DNA of 64,000 bases from a virus. The translations under genes and the position numbers were made by a program. The stretch spans positions 8,313 to 72,312 of IMG/VR virus record IMGVR_UViG_3300028888_000121. One strand, written 5' to 3'. Below, piece after piece: positions 46,451 to 56,522 of the stretch. The notes under the pieces are model-generated. The model was not told the origin of the DNA and ran no database searches. It worked only from the letters and a program-made list of their open reading frames with translations. How positions within the stretch are numbered: the stretch's first letter is position 1; every line of letters begins with the position of its first letter.

Positions 46451-46791
46451 AGGCAAAAGACTACTTCGACAAATTCATCGGGCCTATCAAGGAATGCGAG
46501 AATGACAATCAAAAGCTGATGGCTGTCACCAACGCGATTTACGTGAACTTCCAGTACGAGCTCAATCAGATCGTTGAACAGCGGAAGATCAAGTTCCTGA
46601 ACGCGGCTATCAGTGTGATTGATGAGCAAAACCGGAAGTGGAACGCTTTGGAGAGGCTTATTGAGAAGGCTGGTGTTCCGCCTGTGCTGAAAATCAACGG
46701 GTTCCGGAACGCCAAAGCAATGCAGGTCCCTGAAATCCGAAAAATCTATGAGAGCCGGGGCATTGAGTTCCCGTTTGAGGACAAGAAATGA
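46447..46791 (+). CDS. hypothetical protein
   Basis: The ATG overlaps the dcd stop as ATGA. Confidence 0.4.
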   Translation: MKAKDYFDKFIGPIKECENDNQKLMAVTNAIYVNFQYELNQIVEQRKIKFLNAAISVIDEQNRKWNALERLIEKAGVPPVLKINGFRNAKAMQVPEIRKIYESRGIEFPFEDKK

Positions 46792-46973
46792 CTTTTTTCC
46801 GATTCGTTTATTTCTGCTATGCCGTTGTGAATGTCGCGCTCATAGCCGGAATCGTGAACGCTGCCATGTACTTCGATAAGTGGCCCTTGCTGTGGTTTCT
46901 GATCATTGTGCTTCTGAATCACCCGGGGGATCTGGAATATCGTGAAAGTGGAAAGCAGAAAGATGATGACTGA
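46788..46973 (+). CDS. small membrane protein
   Basis: 61-aa ORF with two hydrophobic segments. Confidence 0.3.
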   Translation: MTFFRFVYFCYAVVNVALIAGIVNAAMYFDKWPLLWFLIIVLLNHPGDLEYRESGKQKDDD

Positions 46974-47310
46974 TGGCCTGCGTGCCGCAGCAGAAAGCAT
47001 GCAACTGTACTACGATTGCTTTGCTATTGAGTTTGTGGATGAAAAAGACCCGTATGCGCCGCCTGGAAGATATATTCGTTACGGAACGACCGGAACGGAT
47101 GATCAATATGTCGAGCATTGGATCGGCGAGCGTGATGTCCAAGTCACTGTCCGATACTCGGAAGGCGAGATTGAAGCGCATAGAGTAGAGGAAATGAGAC
47201 GGCGAGAGGCAGCGGCAATGGGAACGAAGATTCGATTGATGACCGAGTTTGAAATTCCATTGCCAAAGTGGAAGGAGCTTATAGAACAAATACAAAGGAG
47301 TGAACGATGA
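46963..47310 (+). CDS. hypothetical protein
   Basis: The ATG overlaps the upstream stop. Confidence 0.35.
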   Translation: MMTDGLRAAAESMQLYYDCFAIEFVDEKDPYAPPGRYIRYGTTGTDDQYVEHWIGERDVQVTVRYSEGEIEAHRVEEMRRREAAAMGTKIRLMTEFEIPLPKWKELIEQIQRSER

Positions 47311-48014
47311 AACCGATCTATGAGCCAAAGGGAGCGGCGAAAGAATACGGGGATCTCGCAATCAACATTTATCAGAACTGCGACAACGCCTGCTATTATT
47401 GCTTTGCTCCGAGCGTTCTTCACAAAGCGAAGGAACAGTTCTGGGGTCCGGTCAGAGTCCGCGAAGGGATTGTGGAGGCCACAAAACGTCAGATCGAAAA
47501 TGAACACATTACAGGAAAACTGATCCACCTGTGTTTTTCCTGTGATCCATTTCCCCGCCGCGCAGACAATACACCAACGCTGGAAATCATCCGTCTGCTG
47601 AAAGAGTACGGGAACCATGTCCAGATTCTCACAAAAGGCGACGGAAGAGCCGCGCTTCCGCTTTTGAATGAGAATGACTGGTTTGGCGTGACAGTCTCAT
47701 GCATGGGACGATTGGCCGAATCTGCGGAGCCGGGAGCACTGCCGCCAGAGGGGAGACTGTGGCAGTTGGTAGACGCAAAGCACGAAGGAATCAAGACGTG
47801 GGTATCGTTCGAGCCAGTCTTGTGCCCGGACGACGTCATGAATGTGATCCGCGTGTATCACAACTTCATTGACAAAGCCAAGATCGGCAAGCTCAATTAT
47901 CATCCATCTGACATTGACTGGAAAAAGTTCGGGCAGGACGTCGAAAAGCTTTGCACGGATCTCGGCATGGACTTTTATATCAAAGACAGCCTGCGGGCTG
48001 AGATGCTGAAGTGA
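47307..48014 (+). CDS. radical SAM domain protein, function unknown
   Basis: 235-aa ORF with the CxxxCxxC motif (CDNACYYC) near its N-terminus. Its ATGA start overlaps the upstream stop. Confidence 0.65.
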   Translation: MKPIYEPKGAAKEYGDLAINIYQNCDNACYYCFAPSVLHKAKEQFWGPVRVREGIVEATKRQIENEHITGKLIHLCFSCDPFPRRADNTPTLEIIRLLKEYGNHVQILTKGDGRAALPLLNENDWFGVTVSCMGRLAESAEPGALPPEGRLWQLVDAKHEGIKTWVSFEPVLCPDDVMNVIRVYHNFIDKAKIGKLNYHPSDIDWKKFGQDVEKLCTDLGMDFYIKDSLRAEMLK

Positions 48015-48172
48015 AATAATAGCAGGTGCCACGAAGCGCGGCCATTACTTGGAGTTATTGCCAGACGTAAGTTGGTTTGCGATACAGAAGCAGTGGTAAA
48101 TGGAATGTGATAAACAGCCTGCTATAAATAATAAATACGATAGAGGAACGACAAAACAGAAAGGAGAAAACA

Positions 48173-50227
48173 ATGCAGTTTCATGACCTGCAGATCATGG
48201 TACGCGAGAGATTCGCGGACATGGTCAACAAGTACAAGGTTGCGTATCAGACGGATGTCGACCCGGACACGCTCTGGAACACCTACCTTGAAAGCTTTCC
48301 GGAAGAGAAAAATCCGATCTTCCGTGTAAGACGCGAGCACGATTGCTCTTGCTGCCGCCACTTCATCAAGCGCATCGGCGGAATCGTCTTTATCGACGAA
48401 GAGCAGAAACTTCACACCATCTGGGGATTCGCTGTTCCTGATGACGGATATCAGGTGGTGCTTGACGCGGTGGATGCTCTTGTGAAGAGCTCCAAGATCA
48501 CTCAGGAGTTTATCACCAACGAGTACAGCATCGGCACCGAGAAAAGCCGGGAGTACGATCAGGACTACGAGCTTGTCACTACGTGGGAGCACTTCTATCT
48601 CGAAGTTCCGAAGGAGTGGCAGTATCGCGGGAGAGATACCATCGACTCAGAACGCTCGAGGAGACGGAGCGCCGCAGAGGTTTTCGGTCGTGCTCTCAGA
48701 GAAATCACAATGGACTCCATCGACACCGTCCTTGAGCTGATCCGGTCCAATACGCTCTATAAGGGCGCAGAGTGGGAGAAGCAGATCACGGACCTCCGGA
48801 AGATGAAGACCGATTATGAGAAGATTCCGGAAGAGCAGAGAGAGCTCTATGTGTGGAGAATCGCGCCGAGTGTCGGCCCTGTTATGAGCCGCATCCGCAA
48901 TCATTCCATCGGAACGCTTCTGACTGATATTTCCGAAGGAATGGAGCTGAATGAGGCTGTTCGGCGGTACGAAGCGATTGTAGCACCCGCAAACTACAAA
49001 CGCCCGAAGGCTATCTTCACCAAGAAGATGCTGGAAGAGGCGCAGAAAACCGTGCAAGAGCTCGGATACATGGATTCTCTGCGCCGCAGGTACGCAAAGC
49101 TGGACGACATCACGGTGAATAACATCCTGTTTTCCAACCGCGACGCGTCCAAGCGAATCAAGGGCGGAAACGTGTTCGACGATATGATGTCAGAGGCGAA
49201 GTCCTCGCCGAAGAAGTTTGACCGTGTACAGGAAATCGGGATTGAGCAGTTCATCTCGGACGTGCTTCCGGACGCAGTCTCGGTCGAGGCTTACGTGGAG
49301 AACAAGCACGAAAAGAACATGTGCTCACTGATCACGTCATCCGATCCGTTTGCTCCGTCCATGTTCAAATGGGACAACCCGTTTAGCTGGGCCTACTCCG
49401 GCAATATTGCTGACAGCGACATCAAGCAGAACGTCAAGAATGCTGGCGGAAACGTGATTGCGGATCTCCGGTTCTCGATTCAGTGGAACGACGGAAGGAT
49501 TCCTCACAGTCAGAACGACCTTGATGCCCACTGCATTGAGCCGAACGGCCACGAGATCTTCTTCGGTAACAAACGTTCTACAAATACTGGCGGCTTCCTT
49601 GATGTAGATATCATTCATCCGGTGCTCGGCGTGCCCGCCGTGGAAAACATCGCCTACGCCACAAAGAGTCACATGATTCCCGGCGAATACAGATTTTTCG
49701 TACACCAGTATTCAAATCGAGGCGGGCGAGACGGCTTCCGGGCCGAGATTGAGATGGACGGTCAGATCTTCCGTTATGACTACGACAAAGAGCTCCGCCA
49801 GGGCGAGGAGGTCAAGGTCGCGACGGTCACGCTTGGCGCGGATGGGAAATTCACCATCAAAGAGCACCTTCCGTCCACGACAGCTTCCCGCGAGATTTGG
49901 GGCGTCAAGTCTATGGAATTTGTTCCGGTCACCGTGATCATGTACAGCCCGAACTACTGGGATGAGCAGAAAGGCATTGGAAACAAGCACTACATGTTCA
50001 TGCTGAAAGGCTGCGTAAACCCGGAACAGCCGAACGGATTCTATAACGAGTTCCTGAAGCAGGAACTTGCAGAACACAAGCGCGTCTTTGAAGCACTTGG
50101 AAGCAGGATGGCCGTAGAAGCCACGGATGATCAGCTTTCCGGACTCGGGTTCAGTTCCACACTGAGGAACGAACTGATCGTCAAGGTCAAGGGTTCCACG
50201 GAACGCCTGATGAAGATTAAGTTCTGA
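48173..50227 (+). CDS. large hypothetical protein (684 aa)
   Basis: Uninterrupted ORF with AAAGGAGAA RBS. I recognise no family. It lacks the glycyl-radical motif, so it is not NrdD-like. Confidence 0.5.
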   Translation: MQFHDLQIMVRERFADMVNKYKVAYQTDVDPDTLWNTYLESFPEEKNPIFRVRREHDCSCCRHFIKRIGGIVFIDEEQKLHTIWGFAVPDDGYQVVLDAVDALVKSSKITQEFITNEYSIGTEKSREYDQDYELVTTWEHFYLEVPKEWQYRGRDTIDSERSRRRSAAEVFGRALREITMDSIDTVLELIRSNTLYKGAEWEKQITDLRKMKTDYEKIPEEQRELYVWRIAPSVGPVMSRIRNHSIGTLLTDISEGMELNEAVRRYEAIVAPANYKRPKAIFTKKMLEEAQKTVQELGYMDSLRRRYAKLDDITVNNILFSNRDASKRIKGGNVFDDMMSEAKSSPKKFDRVQEIGIEQFISDVLPDAVSVEAYVENKHEKNMCSLITSSDPFAPSMFKWDNPFSWAYSGNIADSDIKQNVKNAGGNVIADLRFSIQWNDGRIPHSQNDLDAHCIEPNGHEIFFGNKRSTNTGGFLDVDIIHPVLGVPAVENIAYATKSHMIPGEYRFFVHQYSNRGGRDGFRAEIEMDGQIFRYDYDKELRQGEEVKVATVTLGADGKFTIKEHLPSTTASREIWGVKSMEFVPVTVIMYSPNYWDEQKGIGNKHYMFMLKGCVNPEQPNGFYNEFLKQELAEHKRVFEALGSRMAVEATDDQLSGLGFSSTLRNELIVKVKGSTERLMKIKF

Positions 50228-50232
50228 AATCC

Positions 50233-50640
50233 ATGGAAAATTTTCAACTCACCAGAGAAGAGGCTACCGTTGCTGCTGAGTGGTGGGCGTCCAAGATAGA
50301 CGGACGTCACCACCACGACAACGGAGACCGGAGCAGCACCGGAGTAATGAGCATGTTTCTTGCCGATATGTGCATGGAAGCACCGACAAAAGAGCAGATC
50401 GAGCAGTTCAAAGAATCTCTGATTTCGCATCTTTTGGATGATGAAAATTGGAGTTTGCTGGGATTTGGCGGGCTTCATTGTGATTATGGTCCCGGTCTGT
50501 TTCTTCGCGATGCTGCGGAAGAAGCCGGTATTGAAGAGCTCAATTTTCCGTTCAAGACATCTATGTATTTCCAAAATGGAGAGATTCTGGTCCGCGATGG
50601 TTACATGGCTCCACCGAAAAAGATTTATCCGGCAGATTAA
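50233..50640 (+). CDS. hypothetical protein
   Basis: 135-aa ORF. Confidence 0.4.
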   Translation: MENFQLTREEATVAAEWWASKIDGRHHHDNGDRSSTGVMSMFLADMCMEAPTKEQIEQFKESLISHLLDDENWSLLGFGGLHCDYGPGLFLRDAAEEAGIEELNFPFKTSMYFQNGEILVRDGYMAPPKKIYPAD

Positions 50641-50663
50641 AAAATAAGAAAAGGAGAACGACT

Positions 50664-51041
50664 ATGGCAGCGAATTTTGAACTTGCAACAAAAGAGAAAT
50701 ACCGGTTCCCGTTCAAGGGAATGATCGGCGTGGAGGATCTGTGGGATCTTGACGTCAATCAGCTTGACAGCGTTTTCAAGGCGCTGAACAAGGAGAAGAA
50801 GAGCTCTGATGAGGAGTCTCTTCTGAGCAGCAAGCAGACGAAGGCGGATGTAGTTCTGACAAACAAGATCGATATCGTGAAGTACATCTACAATGCGAAG
50901 CAGCTTGAAATTCAGGAGCGGCGCGAAGCCGCCAAGAAGCACGAGCGCAATGAGCGCATCAAGGAGCTTCTTGCCAAGCGTCAGGACGAGGCTCTGGCCG
51001 GACTTTCGACCGAAGAGCTTCAGAAGCTTCTCGAAGAGTAA
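50664..51041 (+). CDS. hypothetical coiled-coil protein
   Basis: 125-aa ORF with AAAGGAGAA RBS. It is followed by a perfect inverted repeat ttgccgtcctctgg/ccagaggacggcaa. Confidence 0.4.
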   Translation: MAANFELATKEKYRFPFKGMIGVEDLWDLDVNQLDSVFKALNKEKKSSDEESLLSSKQTKADVVLTNKIDIVKYIYNAKQLEIQERREAAKKHERNERIKELLAKRQDEALAGLSTEELQKLLEE

Positions 51042-51102
51042 TTGTATATGTTGCCGTCCTCTGGGAAGACCAGAGGACGGCAACACACGCTGAAGGAAGG
51101 AG

Positions 51103-51924
51103 ATGGGGATGGAGCAGGTAATTAATGTTGCCCTATACGGGCAGGGGACAAGAAACAGCAGGCTAAGAGCGGAGTATATTTCGTGTAACTGCGCTCAGGA
51201 ATGTTCTTTATACAAAAGCGGACAGTGCTTCAATGTAACCGTTCCGTTTGGACGATCCTGCAAAAAAGGACATGTGCAGTGCGTGGACGGTGGAATAAAC
51301 CGGTCAAAAAGCTACGACCGCGTTTGGAATGCAGCAAAAAGCAATCCAGAGTATCACAAATTGCAATATCCGAATTATGCTCTGATATCGAAGGTTGGAG
51401 AAGAAGCACTGCTGTCTGTTCACTATGTGAACATTGAGTGGAAAGACGAACAGTTCCGTGTGAAAGATCCCGGATTCAGTGACGGATATCCAACTGCGGT
51501 TCCGCGTGAAGTTCTGACTCCGGACAACATCCATAAAATCGTCAAATTCAGGCCGAATTCTCTGATGGGAGGGCGTATTGAAAAGTACGCCACAACTACG
51601 GTTCCGAATTTCCTGCATCAATTATCCGTACAGTTTCCGGACAAGTATGACGCTTATATTCGGGCGTATCCGGAGAGCGCAGAAATCAAACCGAACTGGA
51701 TTGGCAGGCGGGCGAAGCTTTGCACATGCAACCGGGCTCTGACCTACAAGGAAGGCGGAAACATCTGGAGATTTGACGGAGATGATCTCGTGTGTGATAA
51801 ACGATGCAGCTCGTTCAATCCTTTCACCGGAAAGCCGGTAGAAATGCGAGTAAAGGTGACAGAGGACATGTTTGTAGACATCACTGACAACGACCAAGTC
51901 CTGCCGGAAACTGAGTTTCTATGA
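51103..51924 (+). CDS. hypothetical Cys-rich protein
   Basis: 273-aa ORF with GAAGGAAGGAG RBS. Confidence 0.45.
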   Translation: MGMEQVINVALYGQGTRNSRLRAEYISCNCAQECSLYKSGQCFNVTVPFGRSCKKGHVQCVDGGINRSKSYDRVWNAAKSNPEYHKLQYPNYALISKVGEEALLSVHYVNIEWKDEQFRVKDPGFSDGYPTAVPREVLTPDNIHKIVKFRPNSLMGGRIEKYATTTVPNFLHQLSVQFPDKYDAYIRAYPESAEIKPNWIGRRAKLCTCNRALTYKEGGNIWRFDGDDLVCDKRCSSFNPFTGKPVEMRVKVTEDMFVDITDNDQVLPETEFL

Positions 51925-52442
51925 CCGAACCTAAAGAAGAAAAGAAGGCTGTGATCCTCAGCATCCGGCCAGAGTGGTGCCGGAAGATTCTTCTCGGCGA
52001 AAAGACCATCGAGGTTCGGAAAACAAGACCGAAGATATACGATCCGTTCAAATGCTACATCTACTGTACGCTTTCAGGAAGCAACGAGTTCTTCAAAGAT
52101 GCCCTGCGCGGTGACGTTGCCCTTTGGAACTCTGAAAAATGGTGGGAAAAGAAGGGCCATGTCGTCGGAGAATTCATTTGCAACAGGATCTATGACTACA
52201 CTGCGTTCTGGGATTTCGGAAGCAATATTTCAGAATATGAAATGCTGCAACGTTCCTGCCTGACAAAAGAGCAGATCAAGAAATACGAAAATCCAAAAGT
52301 GATCGACGGAACAATGTACTGCGGTGTACACGCATGGAGTATCGAAAAGCTTGTCGTATACGACACTCCGAAGGCGCTGAAAGAATTCGGACTTGTTCGA
52401 GCACCGCAAAGCTGGGCGTACTGCAAGGAGATTGCCGCATGA
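51921..52442 (+). CDS. ASCH (PUA-like) domain protein
   Basis: The N-terminal sequence SIRPEWCRKILLGEKTIEVRK is typical of the ASCH fold. Confidence 0.5.
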   Translation: MTEPKEEKKAVILSIRPEWCRKILLGEKTIEVRKTRPKIYDPFKCYIYCTLSGSNEFFKDALRGDVALWNSEKWWEKKGHVVGEFICNRIYDYTAFWDFGSNISEYEMLQRSCLTKEQIKKYENPKVIDGTMYCGVHAWSIEKLVVYDTPKALKEFGLVRAPQSWAYCKEIAA

Positions 52443-52624
52443 AGAAAACGAAAGAACGGATTGCGCTTGACGAAGCCTGCCGGTGGCTCGAACAGTCCGG
52501 CGCATGCACTCACTATCCCGGATTCATGTGCGACAAGGAGTTTTCCAAAGAAGGTGTCTGCGCCAAGTGTCTTGCGCAACACTTTCTCCGCATGGCGAGA
52601 AAACAGATGATGGAGAAGAAATAA
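52439..52624 (+). CDS. hypothetical small Cys-containing protein
   Basis: The ATG overlaps the ASCH stop as ATGA. Confidence 0.35.
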   Translation: MKKTKERIALDEACRWLEQSGACTHYPGFMCDKEFSKEGVCAKCLAQHFLRMARKQMMEKK

Positions 52625-52625
52625 C

Positions 52626-53084
52626 ATGGAAGAAATCGTTTATTTCGAGTTGAATAACTGGTTTACAGGGAGAGATTATCCTCCTTGCGAACCGATTGCG
52701 TCATGGGTCCATGAATACCGATTCAACAAGGATGAGTGGTGCAAGGAAAACAAGCTGTGCGTTCTTGCTGGCAATATCGACATGTCGCAGAATTGGTGCA
52801 TTACAGCGCCGATAGGATGGGTTAAAGAAAACTTTCCACAGTTACTTTCGGAAGAGCGATACACCTATACGGTCATGACCTACCGGTATGGGAATCATCC
52901 AGAGAAGCAAAATATCGAAAAGGCATATTCCGATTTCCGCAGACTCCCAGACGAAGACGGAGAAGTCTTGGGCCAGTTCGATTGGCGGTTCCTTGATTAC
53001 GAGGAAGATAATTTCGGCGTCCGGTGGTGCAACGAAGACGAAAGCATGGACGAAGACGTAGACGAGGACGATGGAGAAGGCTGA
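52626..53084 (+). CDS. hypothetical protein with an acidic C-terminus
   Basis: 152-aa ORF. Confidence 0.4.
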   Translation: MEEIVYFELNNWFTGRDYPPCEPIASWVHEYRFNKDEWCKENKLCVLAGNIDMSQNWCITAPIGWVKENFPQLLSEERYTYTVMTYRYGNHPEKQNIEKAYSDFRRLPDEDGEVLGQFDWRFLDYEEDNFGVRWCNEDESMDEDVDEDDGEG

Positions 53085-53215
53085 GCGCTGCTGCAAAACC
53101 TGCAAATGGTATTATGACTGGTTTGGCGTCTTCTTTAACGGTGACAGCGAGTGAAGAGGAGGCACGCCGTTGTATCCTGACGAAAGAGTATGCGAGTGCT
53201 GGGAGGAAAAGACGG

Positions 53216-53563
53216 ATGGATGAGATAGGGAAGTATCGCAAGCGGAAAAATCAAAAGTCAAAGTCGGAAAAGCGGTCTGATCATAAGCACGAGTATGAGC
53301 GAACGATACTGATGCGTGTGAACTCGGTCAATAACCATATCGACGGATATAGCTGGAGCACGCACTGCAAAATATGTGGCCGGTTAGGAGAAAATAACGT
53401 TTTTGACGACGATGATTTCCGCAAACCGGAGTGGCAGGGAAAAGCTCGCTGGTGGTCTGCGGATATGTACCTTCCGTTCAAAGAAATACAGAAAAAGTAT
53501 CCGGATGTTCCGGTATATCGTATGGACCCGCACGACTGGAAAATGGGGATACGAGTCAGATGA
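53216..53563 (+). CDS. hypothetical protein
   Basis: ATG 8 nt after a GGGAGGA RBS. The longer track ORF starting at 53024 is less likely. Confidence 0.35.
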   Translation: MDEIGKYRKRKNQKSKSEKRSDHKHEYERTILMRVNSVNNHIDGYSWSTHCKICGRLGENNVFDDDDFRKPEWQGKARWWSADMYLPFKEIQKKYPDVPVYRMDPHDWKMGIRVR

Positions 53564-53739
53564 AGATAATGTATGACAAAGACGGGAATCTGATTGGTTA
53601 CTTCTTGGAGCCGCTTTCTGAAGAGGAAATAGAACAACTTTTGAATGGTAAGTGGAAATTTGGACTGCGGTACCGCTTGAGACGCTTTTTCGCTGCGGTA
53701 CAGAAAGGGGTGCGTTCGGCGAAACAGAATGTACATTAA
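53560..53739 (+). CDS. possible small protein (59 aa)
   Basis: ATGA overlap with the upstream stop. Confidence 0.3.
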   Translation: MKIMYDKDGNLIGYFLEPLSEEEIEQLLNGKWKFGLRYRLRRFFAAVQKGVRSAKQNVH

Positions 53740-53839
53740 AAGAAGAGAAGAGAAACTGTTGGAGACGACCCTGATTGCTTCCATAAACCGCAATGTATCG
53801 CGAAGATCCGAATGACTTCCGGAAGGAGATTCGTTTATT

Positions 53840-54424
53840 ATGAGCCGCATGAGCTCACCGAAAAAATATCTCTGCGGGAAATGCGCTTCTTATGATTCTA
53901 TGCACGGCCTCTGTCTGTGCTCGGACAGCAGTGCGTTTCGAAGCACGGTCAACAACTATAAAATAGCCGGATGCGGATGTTTCGAAAAGAAGAAAGGGAA
54001 AGCCAAACAGGAAGAAATAATAGGCACGGTAAAAACAGGACCATGTATCTGCAAAAACTGTGGCGCGTATATCCCAACCGGTAAGAGTGCGTGCATAGCG
54101 TGCGGGATGCCCATTGGAACAGAAAACAGACAGAAACCGCATAGCAATACCGGCGGAAACGGTTTTGCGCCTCCCGTAACAAGGGAGCCGCCTCCGGCAC
54201 CAGATTTGCCAAAGCGGAACGCAGAAAATGTGCTTGACATCGACCTTGACGCTCTTCAAAAAGGACGGACCGTTGTACGAATAAAGCGACACGGGGAGAT
54301 AAAGAATTATCTCGCCTATCCTACGACAACGAGCTTAGATTTTTATATCTATCCATACACAAGGTGCAGTGATATTAGGCTCGTTTTAGAGCTTCGAGCT
54401 CTTGATGTTATAGAAGGAGAGTGA
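53840..54424 (+). CDS. hypothetical protein with multiple CxxC Zn-ribbon motifs
   Basis: 194-aa ORF with AAGGAGA RBS. Confidence 0.45.
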   Translation: MSRMSSPKKYLCGKCASYDSMHGLCLCSDSSAFRSTVNNYKIAGCGCFEKKKGKAKQEEIIGTVKTGPCICKNCGAYIPTGKSACIACGMPIGTENRQKPHSNTGGNGFAPPVTREPPPAPDLPKRNAENVLDIDLDALQKGRTVVRIKRHGEIKNYLAYPTTTSLDFYIYPYTRCSDIRLVLELRALDVIEGE

Positions 54425-54442
54425 TAGCGCATCGAAACAACA

Positions 54443-54625
54443 ATGAATAAGGAAAAGATTCTGGAGACAGCCATGCGTGCTGCCCTTCATCGAAAAGACT
54501 ACTACGCAAGCGTACAGAGCGAATGCGGAGATTCTTACTACGCGAAGAAATATCGAGAAGCTTGTCAGGAGTGCGTCGAAGCCTGTGAAAGGTTGTTCAT
54601 GCACTACACTGCTGGCAATAAATGA
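54443..54625 (+). CDS. hypothetical small protein
   Basis: 60-aa ORF. Confidence 0.3.
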   Translation: MNKEKILETAMRAALHRKDYYASVQSECGDSYYAKKYREACQECVEACERLFMHYTAGNK

Positions 54626-54641
54626 AAAAGGAGAATAAAAA

Positions 54642-55172
54642 ATGGCAAAGCTGAAACTCTCTGCACCGTGGATCATCTTTTACCGCGAGATCGAAGCAAT
54701 GTTTCAAGGAGACCCGGAAGTCCGCGTCGTCTTCGACGAAGACAACCTGACAGTCAAGCTTTACGTGGATGATGGGGAAAAGGCCCTTGCACTTGACACC
54801 CTCCTGCCGCCTGCCAAAAAGTTTGGCAGGACTACGCTGAAAATCAACGTTATCCCCGCAAACGACCATTTCGTCGACGTGAAAGGAAACATGTTCGAAG
54901 CGGCTCTTGAAGGGAACACCGCCCTGTCGTTCATCAGAACGATTTCCGGGATCATGTCGAACCCGATCACATACGTCGTTTTCAAGAAGGCGGTTGTCCA
55001 GTATTACACCGACGACCTCGGTGACTACTTCGGTATTCATTCCACGCTTTTCCAAGACGTCGCAAAGGATGTTTTCGGCGACCCGGACGGCGTGTTCTTC
55101 TGCACCGATACGGCAGACAACAATCTGTTCAACGGAGAAAGAATCGGAGCACCGCTGGGCGAGTGGCCCTGA
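54642..55172 (+). CDS. hypothetical protein
   Basis: 176-aa ORF with AAAAGGAGAA RBS. Confidence 0.4.
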   Translation: MAKLKLSAPWIIFYREIEAMFQGDPEVRVVFDEDNLTVKLYVDDGEKALALDTLLPPAKKFGRTTLKINVIPANDHFVDVKGNMFEAALEGNTALSFIRTISGIMSNPITYVVFKKAVVQYYTDDLGDYFGIHSTLFQDVAKDVFGDPDGVFFCTDTADNNLFNGERIGAPLGEWP

Positions 55173-55208
55173 TTTTGAATCGCGATTACTCCTTTGGAGA
55201 TGAAGTTC

Positions 55209-55787
55209 ATGATTACAAAGGTAATAGACGGACACACTGTGTCAATCGACTGGAAAGAAGATGCTGAGCGCTATTACGTATACGTCGACTCAAAATACGC
55301 AGGAAGCGCAGACACGACCAAGGAAGCTACGCTTCTTGCTACCGACCACATTGAAATTGAGAACGACAGCAGGCATGTTCTGAAGGTGATGCTGGACGAA
55401 GGAGCCTATGAGCCGGTCCGCGCACATCCGACAGACGCCGGACTGGACTTCAAATCGACAAGAAACTTCTGGCTGCATCCAGGTCACCAAGAGTTTGTCG
55501 ATACAGGAGTCCACTGTGAGATCCCGGTTGGTTATGTCGGTCTTTTAGCGTCAAAAAGCGGTCTGATGAAGGATGGAATCACGACCAGAGGAGTAGTAGA
55601 TTCCGATTACAGGGGCAGCATTGGTGTCGTGATGTATAACCACGGCAAAGAGGGAATCATGATTGAAGCAGGCCAGAAAATCACGCAGATGGTGATTCTG
55701 CCGTGCATCACTCCGGCTGTGCAGATTGTGAATGAGCTCAGTGAGACCGAAAGAGGCGACGGAGGCTTCGGCAGCACAGGAAAATGA
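55209..55787 (+). CDS. dut: dUTP diphosphatase with a ~55-aa N-terminal extension
   Basis: All five dUTPase motifs are present: DAGLDF, ASKSGL, GVVDSDYRGSIGVVMYN, KITQMVI and ERGDGGFGSTG. Confidence 0.85.
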   Translation: MITKVIDGHTVSIDWKEDAERYYVYVDSKYAGSADTTKEATLLATDHIEIENDSRHVLKVMLDEGAYEPVRAHPTDAGLDFKSTRNFWLHPGHQEFVDTGVHCEIPVGYVGLLASKSGLMKDGITTRGVVDSDYRGSIGVVMYNHGKEGIMIEAGQKITQMVILPCITPAVQIVNELSETERGDGGFGSTGK

Positions 55788-56122
55788 CCAACTGTATCAA
55801 CTGCGGTGCTCCGCTTTCAGGAGACAAATGTGAATACTGCGGTACAGTCTACGTTGAACGCGCTTCCTACAGAGAAAATTCAGGGTTCCGTGCAAACGGC
55901 ACTCTGAACGTGGCGGGAAAAACGTTTACCGATGAACAGGGACGCTCGTTACGAACACAACCGCTGGACCCAATGATTGCAAAGGTTGTGGAATGGGATC
56001 TTGATTCTCTCCGAAAAGAACTGGAGATGCTTGATTTCGATGATGACGAAGACGTTTCTACAAGTGCCGGGAGAGATATCAGTGGAAGAATGATTCGCCA
56101 TCGTATCACAAAAAGACGGTGA
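55784..56122 (+). CDS. hypothetical Zn-ribbon protein (CINCG...CEYCG)
   Basis: 112-aa ORF overlapping the dut stop. Confidence 0.4.
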   Translation: MTNCINCGAPLSGDKCEYCGTVYVERASYRENSGFRANGTLNVAGKTFTDEQGRSLRTQPLDPMIAKVVEWDLDSLRKELEMLDFDDDEDVSTSAGRDISGRMIRHRITKRR

Positions 56123-56134
56123 TAGAGGTATCTA

Positions 56135-56485
56135 ATGCAAGAAAACAAAGAGTTCATATTAACTATCCTTGGTGAGAAGTGGACTTTGAAGTTTGTCCAT
56201 GAGCAGGACGATAAGTACCTGAAAAATGCTGATGGATATACGGACAAGACCACACGAAAGATTGTCGTGTTGGGCTATCCGCCAGAAGACTCAGAACTGG
56301 AAGACTGGGAATCTTATCTCAAGAAATGTATACGTCATGAGATTATCCATGCGTATCTGTTTGAATCCGGCCTTGCCGAGAACTTCCATCATCAGGAGTT
56401 TGGACACGATGAGACGATGATTGATTTTATCGCAATCCAGTTCCCAAAGATCCTGCAAACTTTTGAAGACGCTGAGGCCCTTTGA
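56135..56485 (+). CDS. hypothetical protein with an HExxH motif (RHEIIHAYLFESG), possible small Zn-metallopeptidase-like protein
   Basis: 116-aa ORF. Confidence 0.35.
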   Translation: MQENKEFILTILGEKWTLKFVHEQDDKYLKNADGYTDKTTRKIVVLGYPPEDSELEDWESYLKKCIRHEIIHAYLFESGLAENFHHQEFGHDETMIDFIAIQFPKILQTFEDAEAL

Positions 56486-56522
56486 GAGCCTACATTATTA
56501 TAATTATCAGGAGGAACAGAAC

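Noticed and set aside
47307-50227. Radical-SAM protein plus 684-aa protein as an NrdG/NrdD anaerobic ribonucleotide reductase pair
   Set aside because: The large protein lacks the C-terminal glycyl-radical RVCGY-type motif and the Zn-ribbon typical of NrdD.
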